A DNA stretch of 21,075 nucleotides from Abditibacteriaceae bacterium. GTDB lineage: Bacteria; Armatimonadota; Abditibacteriia; Abditibacteriales; Abditibacteriaceae. The stretch's first letter is position 1; each line of letters starts with the position of its first letter. The DNA lies in contig JANPJS010000286.1 in NCBI GenBank assembly GCA_031425655.1, positions 1-21,075 of the forward strand. The letters run 5' to 3'. A program made the position numbers and the translations under genes. The notes beneath the pieces were generated by a model. That model worked only from the letters and a program-made list of their open reading frames with translations, was not told the origin of the DNA and did not search any database. This document shows positions 7,722-15,540 of this stretch, piece by piece.

Positions 7722-8945
7722 TTAATCCTTGTTTTCAGGCGTAGAATCGAGCAGCGGCGGGCGATCTCCTTGAATAGCTGCGATGCGCGCCGCAACGCTC
7801 TGCGTTTGGGCTTCGCCGACGTGAATGCCGAAGTCAATGTGAAACGAGCGTGTGGCGCCCGGCGCGAGTTTGGGCACGCGACCATGTTGGCGTTCAATGC
7901 CGCGATGGTTGGGAAAGCCCGTGCCCGGCTCCAATCCGGTGACATAGCCTTCACCTTCGGCGTTGGTATTTTTCCAGAGCGTGAAAAAGGGCAGTTCCTC
8001 GGTCGAAAAGGCCAGCGAAACGGCGCGGTCGCGCGCTTGGTTGCGCAGCATCACCAGGGTGCGATTGTCGCTTTCCGGCAGCAGGCGCAGACAATAAACT
8101 TGTTCACTGAAACCCAATTTGGGGCCGGCGTAGGTGGCGTAGTGCGCTGTATCCCGCGCGGCGTGATCGTTGAGTGGCGTAACACGCTCCACCGGCGCGA
8201 CGAAGGTCGAGCCGCCTTCAAGCAACGGCGGGCCATAATTCGTGTGATAAAGCAGTTGAAACTCTTGAGGCAGCCCGCCGCAGTTGGTAACACTGTCGCT
8301 GACGCGAAAGGTGTCGGCGCCCGGCTCGGTGGAAATTTCGGTTTGCATTTCCAACTGAGGGCCGAAAAACCCTCGCTCATCAACCCGCCCGCGCACCCGA
8401 ATCCGGTGAGGCGGGGCTGCGTCCACCACGATTTCAACTTCGCTCGCCGGGATATTGCCGATTTTGCCGTGTAGTGTGAGTTCGGTTGCGACCTCTTCGC
8501 CGGCATCGTTAACGAAGCGGTCGGTGCCGGGCGAGCCGTTGGATTCCAGCCCGCAGCGCACCAGCCATTCGTTGAAACCTTCCAGCCAGCCCAATCCGCC
8601 CCGGCTCTGCAAATTGACAAAGGCCGGATGGACGACTTCCTTCACCGGCGAATCCCAGCCCAAACGCACATCGCCACTTTCGTCGCTCAGCGTGGCGAAA
8701 AGCACGCTCATGCCGCGTGTCGGCACAACGGTGAATTTCAGCCTGCCGTTGTCCACCACGATCACGTCCACGCCTTCCTGCTTGCCGCCGTGCAAAGTCA
8801 GCTTTCGCACCGACCAATTTGGGCTATCCGGCGTGACATCTTTCCCGTTGATTTGGGCAGTTTCGACGCGCGAGTTGTCATTGGCGCTGATCAAAACCTT
8901 GCGGAACGGCTCGGCGGTGTTGGCCCCGGTTTCGGCACTCTTCAT
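7722..8945 (-). CDS. Aldose 1-epimerase-like protein (DUF4432 family)
   Basis: LHGGKQEGV, VVPTRGM, LGWDSPV, GGLGWLEGF, TLHGKI, LYH.NYG, YVTGLEPGT motifs. Start uncertain (8945, 8957 or 9005). Confidence 0.88.
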   Translation of the reverse strand: MKSAETGANTAEPFRKVLISANDNSRVETAQINGKDVTPDSPNWSVRKLTLHGGKQEGVDVIVVDNGRLKFTVVPTRGMSVLFATLSDESGDVRLGWDSPVKEVVHPAFVNLQSRGGLGWLEGFNEWLVRCGLESNGSPGTDRFVNDAGEEVATELTLHGKIGNIPASEVEIVVDAAPPHRIRVRGRVDERGFFGPQLEMQTEISTEPGADTFRVSDSVTNCGGLPQEFQLLYHTNYGPPLLEGGSTFVAPVERVTPLNDHAARDTAHYATYAGPKLGFSEQVYCLRLLPESDNRTLVMLRNQARDRAVSLAFSTEELPFFTLWKNTNAEGEGYVTGLEPGTGFPNHRGIERQHGRVPKLAPGATRSFHIDFGIHVGEAQTQSVAARIAAIQGDRPPLLDSTPENKD

Positions 8946-9037
8946 AGAGTTTCTCATTAAAAACTTTCTGGACGTGTTGGCCCCGGCGATTTGGCTGTTC
9001 GGCACTCATCACGAAAACGACGGATTGCAAACCAGTT

Positions 9038-10309
9038 TTATTGGGTAAGTTCCACTTTGGATTCGCCCTTTTTCAAGACGAGGCGAGGAAGTTTGGCAAC
9101 GGGATGAGACTCGCCGAACTTGTCATTGATGAATTTGGCCTGCTCCTGCATCCGTTGATTGAAAACGGTTTCGTTGACGGGGACATTGTTCTCGGCAACT
9201 ACGCCCGCGTCGGCTTTGAGCACAAAAGCGCGAGCCATGTTGTTTTTCACGATATTCCCGCTCAACCCGCCTTTATTCTTGGTATTGAGCATGATCCACG
9301 GCGTGATTTTTTGAGCCGAAGTGGCTTTGACGACGTTGCCTTCGATTTTGCAATTGACCGCATCGTAGAGCGAGATGCCGTGGTAGGTATTGCTCACCAC
9401 CACATTTTTCTCGATGACAAAATCCACTAACGGGCCGTCGAAGAAGCCCAGCCCCTGCGGGCTGCTGAGGAAAGGTTGGTTCAGGTCTTCGTTGCCGACC
9501 AGAATATTCCCAATCGCCGTTATGCCCCTGACCGTGCCGGTGCCTTTGTTGAAGAGAAACACTTGAACCAGATCGTCGTGGTTTTTATCACCGTCGGCAT
9601 CGCTGACGTAGCAGTTTTTGACGACATTGTATTGGGCCGTGATGTTGTCGCGCACCAGACGCAGGCCGTCGCCGGAAAAGTTGGCGATGATATTCCCTTC
9701 GCACAACGAATCCGGCGCGCACATGGCGACCCCAAAGCGCGTGTTTAAAACGTAATTATTGCGCAGCGTCATCTTCGTGCCGTGGCGGCCCACAAAGACG
9801 CCGCTGTAAGCGTTCATCCAATCGTCTTTGCTCCACGCGGCGGAATCCAGTGCGCTATAGATGAAGCAATCCTGCACGACGATGTCGCGGCCCGGCCCGC
9901 CTTCGGCCAGCGTGACGATGTTGCTTTTGTAAGGAGCGGGGGCGAAGGTCGGGCTAATCGTCAAACCTTTGATGAGCCATTTGGAACCCTGAGCGATTTC
10001 CAGCCGGCCCAGTTGCGGCGTTTGGCCCGGCTCGGCGGCAATAGTGACGGTTTCGGCATTGTCACCGGAAATTTTGACACTTCCGTGGTTGCCGCTGCGC
10101 AGCAGCAGAGTATCGCCGCCTTGAAGTTGGGGCAGTTTCCCATTATTGACCATCGCTTCCAGCTTCGGCCAGGGCGCTTTAGCACTGCCGTCGCCCTGCG
10201 CGTTGCCTGCCGCCGGATCAGAGTAATAAGTCGCGGCTGGAGCCAGTTGGCAGTTCGCCACAATCAGAAAAAGGGCAGCGCAGCGCGGGAATTGAATGGT
10301 GATCTTCAT
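9038..10309 (-). CDS. Secreted right-handed parallel beta-helix (pectin-lyase fold) protein
   Basis: Signal peptide, YSDP..GN..GDGS...PW, GGDTLLLRSG.H, repeated I/L.NN.V turns, NHDDLVQ. Confidence 0.85.
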   Translation of the reverse strand: MKITIQFPRCAALFLIVANCQLAPAATYYSDPAAGNAQGDGSAKAPWPKLEAMVNNGKLPQLQGGDTLLLRSGNHGSVKISGDNAETVTIAAEPGQTPQLGRLEIAQGSKWLIKGLTISPTFAPAPYKSNIVTLAEGGPGRDIVVQDCFIYSALDSAAWSKDDWMNAYSGVFVGRHGTKMTLRNNYVLNTRFGVAMCAPDSLCEGNIIANFSGDGLRLVRDNITAQYNVVKNCYVSDADGDKNHDDLVQVFLFNKGTGTVRGITAIGNILVGNEDLNQPFLSSPQGLGFFDGPLVDFVIEKNVVVSNTYHGISLYDAVNCKIEGNVVKATSAQKITPWIMLNTKNKGGLSGNIVKNNMARAFVLKADAGVVAENNVPVNETVFNQRMQEQAKFINDKFGESHPVAKLPRLVLKKGESKVELTQ

Positions 10310-10353
10310 GGTTTTGCAATTCAGGTTATGTGGCGTGCCAACACAATCGGAAT

Positions 10354-11493
10354 TTAATCCACATCCACCCAGCGACGCCCGTTAGCGGAAGTGATAACCG
10401 CATCGCAGACGCGCTGCGTTTCGAGCGCATCGCGGAAAGTTGGGGCGCATGGCTGTCCGGCGGCTATTGCGGTGAGAAAATCGGCGACTTGATGCACGAA
10501 AGTATGCTCATAGCCGATTTGCAGGCCGGGAACCCACCAATTCTCCATATACGGATGGTCGCCATCGGTGACGTGGACGTCGTGCCAGCCGCGAATAACG
10601 GAGTCATCGCTGTGATCGAAGTATTCAAGGTGATGCAAATCGTGCAAATCCCAGCGCACCGAAGCCTTTTCGCCGTTGATTTCAAAGGTGTAAAGCGCCT
10701 TGTGGCCGCGCGCATAACGAGTCGCCTCGAATTGGCCGAGCGAGCCGTTGGCGAAGTGACAATGAAAAAGACAAGCATCGTCTATCGTCACTTTTTCCTT
10801 CTGGCCGGTCAGGTTGTGCATCCGTTCTTTGACGAAAATTTCCGTCATGGCGCTGACATCGTGGATGCTGCCGTTAAGCCAGAGCGCGGTATCAATGCAA
10901 TGCGCCAGCAAATCGCCCGTCACGCCGGAACCGGCGGCTTCGGCGTCCAAGCGCCAGAGCGCGGCGCCGCCCTGCGGTAAGTCGGCGCTAATCGTCCAGT
11001 CTTGAAGAAAATTGGCGCGGTAGTGAAAAATGCGCCCCAATCGGCCTTCGTCAATCAGATTCTTGACCAAAGTCACGGCGGGAACGCGGCGGTAGTTATA
11101 CCAAACGGTGTTGGCGACACCGGCCTTTTCGATGGCTTCCACCATGCGCAAACCTTCCTCGACGTTCATGGCGAGAGGTTTTTCGCACAGAATCGCTTTG
11201 CCGGCTTCGCTGGCGGCGATGGCGATTTCGGCGTGGAAATTATTGGGCGTGCAAATATCTATGGCATCAATATCGTCGCGCTCGACGAGTTTGCGCCAAT
11301 CGGTTTCCACCGATTCATAGCCCCATTTGTCGGCGAATGCTTGCGCGTTTTCCCTGTTGCGACCGCAGACGGCTTTGAGAACCGGCGTGTATTCGAGGTC
11401 GAAGAAGTTGCTGACGCGACGATACGCGTTGGAATGGGTGCGGCCCATGAAGCCGGGGCCGACAAGTCCGATGTTATAAGGTTTTTTGCTCAT
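10354..11493 (-). CDS. Cytoplasmic Gfo/Idh/MocA NAD(P)-dependent oxidoreductase (levoglucosan-dehydrogenase-like clade)
   Basis: [11 protein letters not shown]ossmann motif, [37 protein letters not shown]. Confidence 0.93.
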   Translation of the reverse strand: MSKKPYNIGLVGPGFMGRTHSNAYRRVSNFFDLEYTPVLKAVCGRNRENAQAFADKWGYESVETDWRKLVERDDIDAIDICTPNNFHAEIAIAASEAGKAILCEKPLAMNVEEGLRMVEAIEKAGVANTVWYNYRRVPAVTLVKNLIDEGRLGRIFHYRANFLQDWTISADLPQGGAALWRLDAEAAGSGVTGDLLAHCIDTALWLNGSIHDVSAMTEIFVKERMHNLTGQKEKVTIDDACLFHCHFANGSLGQFEATRYARGHKALYTFEINGEKASVRWDLHDLHHLEYFDHSDDSVIRGWHDVHVTDGDHPYMENWWVPGLQIGYEHTFVHQVADFLTAIAAGQPCAPTFRDALETQRVCDAVITSANGRRWVDVD

Positions 11494-12530
11494 TGACCTT
11501 GCTCCTTCCAGCCGTGGGCGGCGCGCACGTCAACCATGACTTTGAGAATGTCGTTCCAAGTTTGCGGAGTGGTTAACAGCTCGTTGGGAAACATACAGCC
11601 GTCCCAGCAAATGTGTTCGATGCCGCGCTCAGGAGCATCTTTGAGCCAGTAACCGGCGCATTTAACGATGTCGAGCTTGCCGTTGGGATCATTCGCCGGG
11701 CAGTGTCGCCCGGTTTTGTCGTGCGAGCCGGTGCCGTGAACCGAGCCGTCGTTCTGCGCAACATGGAAGTCAATTGTCCACGGGCGCAGTTTGTCGGTCA
11801 TTTGTTCATACGCGGCATAGAATTCGGCTTCGGAGTGGTTGTTTTGAAGCAGCGCGTGTTCCGGCGCGTTGTAACCCAGCAAATAAAGATAAGTGTGCGC
11901 CAAATCGGCCTGAAAACCGACCGTTTTGGGCTGTCCGACGGCTTCGAGCAGGTCTAAAACGTCTTTCCACGAGTGCATTCCGGCCCAGCAGATTTCGCCT
12001 TCCAAAGCCAGTCGCTCGCCGTGAGCGGCGGCGATTTGGGCGGCTTCGCGCATGGTTTCGGCGATGCGCGAAGTGTTGGCTTTGGGGTCTTCGCGCCAGC
12101 GACTAATATCGCCTTCGGCGGAATCCATGCGAATCAGGCCGTAACGACGCACGCCGCTTTGATTAAAAATCCCGGCCACGCGGCAAGCAAAGCGAATCGC
12201 GTCGAGAAAACGACCGCGCGCAGCCTCGTCGCCCATCGCCGAATCGCCGACGGTGCCGGGCCAGACCGGAGCCACGAGCGAACCAATCGCAAAACCGCGC
12301 TCGGCGATTTTGCCGGCAATGGCTTTCAATTCGTCATCGCTGGCCTCAGGGCTGAGGTGAGGATGAAAAAGGAAAACGTCCACGCCATCGAACTTTTGCT
12401 CGCCGCAGCGCGCGGCGGCAGTAAGATCAAGCATTTGGTCGAGAGAAATGGCCGGTTCCATGTCGGGGCCGTCGCCCTTGCCGACAAGACCGGGCCATAA
12501 GGCATTGTGAAGTTTGGGAAGAGTGTTCAT
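11490..12530 (-). CDS. Sugar phosphate isomerase/epimerase, xylose-isomerase-like TIM barrel
   Basis: Metal-ligand pattern [27 protein letters not shown]. 4-nt overlap with the downstream oxidoreductase. Confidence 0.88.
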   Translation of the reverse strand: MNTLPKLHNALWPGLVGKGDGPDMEPAISLDQMLDLTAAARCGEQKFDGVDVFLFHPHLSPEASDDELKAIAGKIAERGFAIGSLVAPVWPGTVGDSAMGDEAARGRFLDAIRFACRVAGIFNQSGVRRYGLIRMDSAEGDISRWREDPKANTSRIAETMREAAQIAAAHGERLALEGEICWAGMHSWKDVLDLLEAVGQPKTVGFQADLAHTYLYLLGYNAPEHALLQNNHSEAEFYAAYEQMTDKLRPWTIDFHVAQNDGSVHGTGSHDKTGRHCPANDPNGKLDIVKCAGYWLKDAPERGIEHICWDGCMFPNELLTTPQTWNDILKVMVDVRAAHGWKEQGQ

Positions 12531-12550
12531 AGTGGTTACCGAATTCCTAA

Positions 12551-12750
12551 GAAGCTGTCTGAGAATGTCATTAATCCTGAGTCGAGTCGCTTTTTAATGG
12601 GACGCGGATTTCATACGCGGGAACAGCTTTGAAGGCGCGGTTTTACAAAAAAATCAGCGGAAACCCGCGCATGAAATCCGCGTAGCGAAGCTCCGCGTCC
12701 CATTAAAAAGCGACTCAACTCAGGATTAATGACTATTCTCAGACGGTTTC
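12551..12750. repeat. Nested long inverted-repeat element (MITE-like) between two co-directional genes
   Basis: Arms 12551-12608 and 12692-12750 are inverted with few mismatches and one indel. An inner pair, 12602-12621 and 12664-12683, has 1 mismatch. Confidence 0.85.
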
Positions 12751-12755
12751 AAAAA

Positions 12756-14018
12756 TCAAGCGTTGTATGCGCCAATTGCGGGCGCTTCCGGGTTCACTTC
12801 GGGGCCGAAGTAACGCAGCATCACCAAAGGTTCGGTGAGCGATGTGTTTTCATAGCGCACGCCGGCGCGGGCGGCTTTTTCGGTTATGAAAAATTCGTCG
12901 CTGGTGAGTTCGCCAAAGCCGATCATTTTGGGACAGTCGAGGGTCAGGTTGTTGGCTCGACCTTGTCCCTGAACCGTGATAACGCCGCTGGCGCCGTTAT
13001 CGCGGACGGTGACCGATTGGCCGGGCGCGACGGTGAGTTCTTTGGCGGTGAAGAACTGATCCGCGTCAATGCGGCCATAGACGATCCATTTGTCCGCAAA
13101 GCCGTCCTGGGCGCCGCCGCTGTGAATAATCGGTTCAAGGTAGTTATTCGCCTTGAAGTTGGGATCAACGTTGCGCGCCCAATCGAGTTGGTCAACGATG
13201 TAATCGAGGTCTTGATGCTTTTCCGGTGGAACGTCTTTAACGAGCAGCGCCCATGGCACTTCGCGGCCCTCGACGAGGTTTTGATACATCCCGAAAACAT
13301 CGCTGCCCCACTGCGGTTCGTAAGTGCAAAGCGAGCCGGGAGCGTGCAGCACGCAGGGCGGAATCAGCCAGCCAGTGCCGGGCTTGAGGCGAAAAGCCTG
13401 CGATAAATCGAGAATGCCGTTATCGCCGTTGTTCCAGTTGCGAAGGCAGTCCAGCACTTGCTCGCGGCTGGTGCCGGGATTGAGGCCCATAAACGTGTAA
13501 GGAAAGTTGTTGCCGACCGGATTGTGCTGCGGCGGAAAATAATACGATTCCGGCTTGCCTTCCTGCCCAATTAACGCTGCCTGGGCCGCGTTTTGGTGCA
13601 TATGATGGGGAATCGGCCCCATATTGTCGAAAAACTTGCTGTAAACCGGCCACTTTCCGTATTTGTCCCAGATGTCGCTGCCGATAATGCCGGCGCCCAA
13701 TTCGGCAACAGCGGCGCGGAGCTGGCAGCGCTTGTTTTCAAACACCACATAGCTGAGACCTTCATCGTGAACGCGGTTATCGTTGGCGGCTTCGGTTGTC
13801 GAAGCAAACCAGCGCTCGTCAATGCCGCCGCGATTGAGGCCGTAAGCATAAGTATCGCGCGGGTCAAGTTTGAGGCGGCGTCCGGGATGCAGAAACGAGC
13901 GCGGCACCCAGGTCGGAGAAAGTCGCAGCAGGCCATCGCTTTGTTCGAGCGCGGCTTCAATAACAGGCCGCACGTTGTCTTCGATGGTAGTCAGTTGGGT
14001 TACAAAAGAAGGTGTCAT
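12756..14018 (-). CDS. Class I mannose-6-phosphate-isomerase-like cupin protein
   Basis: ERW, KFFD..PIPHHMHQ, GKPESYY and LHAPG..TYEPQ.GSD correspond to the PMI type I cupin motifs. Confidence 0.8.
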   Translation of the reverse strand: MTPSFVTQLTTIEDNVRPVIEAALEQSDGLLRLSPTWVPRSFLHPGRRLKLDPRDTYAYGLNRGGIDERWFASTTEAANDNRVHDEGLSYVVFENKRCQLRAAVAELGAGIIGSDIWDKYGKWPVYSKFFDNMGPIPHHMHQNAAQAALIGQEGKPESYYFPPQHNPVGNNFPYTFMGLNPGTSREQVLDCLRNWNNGDNGILDLSQAFRLKPGTGWLIPPCVLHAPGSLCTYEPQWGSDVFGMYQNLVEGREVPWALLVKDVPPEKHQDLDYIVDQLDWARNVDPNFKANNYLEPIIHSGGAQDGFADKWIVYGRIDADQFFTAKELTVAPGQSVTVRDNGASGVITVQGQGRANNLTLDCPKMIGFGELTSDEFFITEKAARAGVRYENTSLTEPLVMLRYFGPEVNPEAPAIGAYNA

Positions 14019-14090
14019 AAGGTGTCAACTTTGAGCGGGATTGAGGCTGAATTTGGATTGCGGATGAGTATATCCAAGTAACGGTCTGTG

Positions 14091-14154
14091 TTGGGCCAAT
14101 CGGGCAATAAAATAAGGGCAACAAAATCAATTTGCAACGCTCTACACTTAAGTG
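14091..14154. promoter_or_regulatory. Candidate operator region of the divergent promoter
   Basis: AT-rich gap between divergent operons. Direct repeat GGGCAA(T/C)AAAAT at 14102-14113 and 14116-14127, a CG-centred imperfect palindrome at 14131-14146, and palindrome CACTTAAGTG at 14145-14154. Confidence 0.35.
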
Positions 14155-14202
14155 CGATTAACTAAGAAGCACATCCTCGTAACATCTCAAGGAGAACAAG
14201 AC

Positions 14203-15540
14203 ATGCCATCTGAAGAAAAGCCGACGCCGGAGCCTGCGCCGAAAATTTCGCGCCGGTCGTTCCTGCACAAGTCGTTTGCTGCCGGAACTGTATTGAGTTT
14301 CCCACTCGTGGTGCCATCACGAGTGCTTGGTCTGGACGGCGCCGTGGCGCCGAACTCGAAAATTGCGCTGGGCGCTATCGGCATTCAAGGTCGCGGCTCA
14401 CAAGTGTTGGGCGCGATGCTGGGCGAACCGGGCGTTCAATTCGTAGCGATTTGCGACATCCAGAGAAAACAGCGCGAAGCCATCAAGAACATGGCGGACA
14501 AGCGCTACGGCAACACGGATTGCGGTATGCACCGCGACTTGCGCGAGCTGCTGGCGCGCCCTGATATTGACGCCGTGCTGATCGCCACTGGAGATCGCTG
14601 GCACAGCATGGGTTCGATTATGGCCGCACGCGCCGGCAAAGACGTTTATACCGAGAAACCCGTCGGCACCTGCGTTTCCGAGGTTCAGTCGGTGGACGAC
14701 ACGGTGCGCCGTCACGCCCGCGTTTTTCAAGTCGGCACGCAGCGCCGCAGCATCAGCAACTTCCAAACTGCCGTCAACATCGCGCAAAGCGGTAAAATCG
14801 GCAAGGTTCACACCTTGCACGCCGGCATCGTCAGGCCGGGCGGCGGCAGAGGTTGGCTGCCCGAACAGCCACAGCCGCCCAAAGAAGAAGTGGACTGGGA
14901 TTTGTGGCTGGGCGCGGCGCCATGGCGCCCTTATAACGCCGGTTATGTCGGCGGAGGCTGGCGCGGCCACGACGATTTCGACAGCGGCTTTGGCGTCAAC
15001 GAATGGGGTTCGCATACGGTTGACTTGTGCCAGTGGGCCAACAACGCCGATAATACGGTGCCCATTGAGTATTGGAACGAGCCTGAAAAAATCGTTTGTC
15101 GTTACGCCAACGGCGTCAAACTCGTTCTTGAATTTCTCAAAGACCCGTTCGGCGACCGCAGTCCTCAATTCATAACCTCTACGGGCACCTGCCCGGTTCG
15201 TTATGTCGGCGACGAAGGCTGGGTCGAAACCGGCGACAGCGGCAGCATCGAAGTCTCAAGCCCCGCGCTGAAGAGCGAAATCCTCGCCCTCAAGCGCGCC
15301 GGCGCCGGAACGGATCCCGGCACGCACACTTCCAACTTCTTCCAGTGCGTGCGGTCACGCGCCCTCACCAACGCCAACTCCATCGTGATGCGCCATTCGC
15401 ACATCGCCTGCCACGCGGCGGGCATCGCGTGGAAATTGAATCGTAGACTCACTTTCGACCCGGCCAAGGAAATGTTTGTCAACGATGCCGAAGCCAACCG
15501 GATGCTGTCGCGCCCGACACGGGAGCCGTGGAAAATATGA
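14203..15540 (+). CDS. Tat-exported Gfo/Idh/MocA oxidoreductase
   Basis: AAGGAG RBS before ATG 14203. SRRSFL twin-arginine signal, LGAIGIQGRG, IATGDRWH, YTEKP, QVGTQRRS, DWDLWLG.AP, WGSHTVD. Confidence 0.93.
   Translation: MPSEEKPTPEPAPKISRRSFLHKSFAAGTVLSFPLVVPSRVLGLDGAVAPNSKIALGAIGIQGRGSQVLGAMLGEPGVQFVAICDIQRKQREAIKNMADKRYGNTDCGMHRDLRELLARPDIDAVLIATGDRWHSMGSIMAARAGKDVYTEKPVGTCVSEVQSVDDTVRRHARVFQVGTQRRSISNFQTAVNIAQSGKIGKVHTLHAGIVRPGGGRGWLPEQPQPPKEEVDWDLWLGAAPWRPYNAGYVGGGWRGHDDFDSGFGVNEWGSHTVDLCQWANNADNTVPIEYWNEPEKIVCRYANGVKLVLEFLKDPFGDRSPQFITSTGTCPVRYVGDEGWVETGDSGSIEVSSPALKSEILALKRAGAGTDPGTHTSNFFQCVRSRALTNANSIVMRHSHIACHAAGIAWKLNRRLTFDPAKEMFVNDAEANRMLSRPTREPWKI

Noticed and set aside
7037..7725. 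ORFs 7037-7648, 7324-7530 and 7375-7725
   Set aside because: They run through the MITE/REP element, and the mirrored ARRINSRQ/VAANLFAG peptides are palindrome artefacts.
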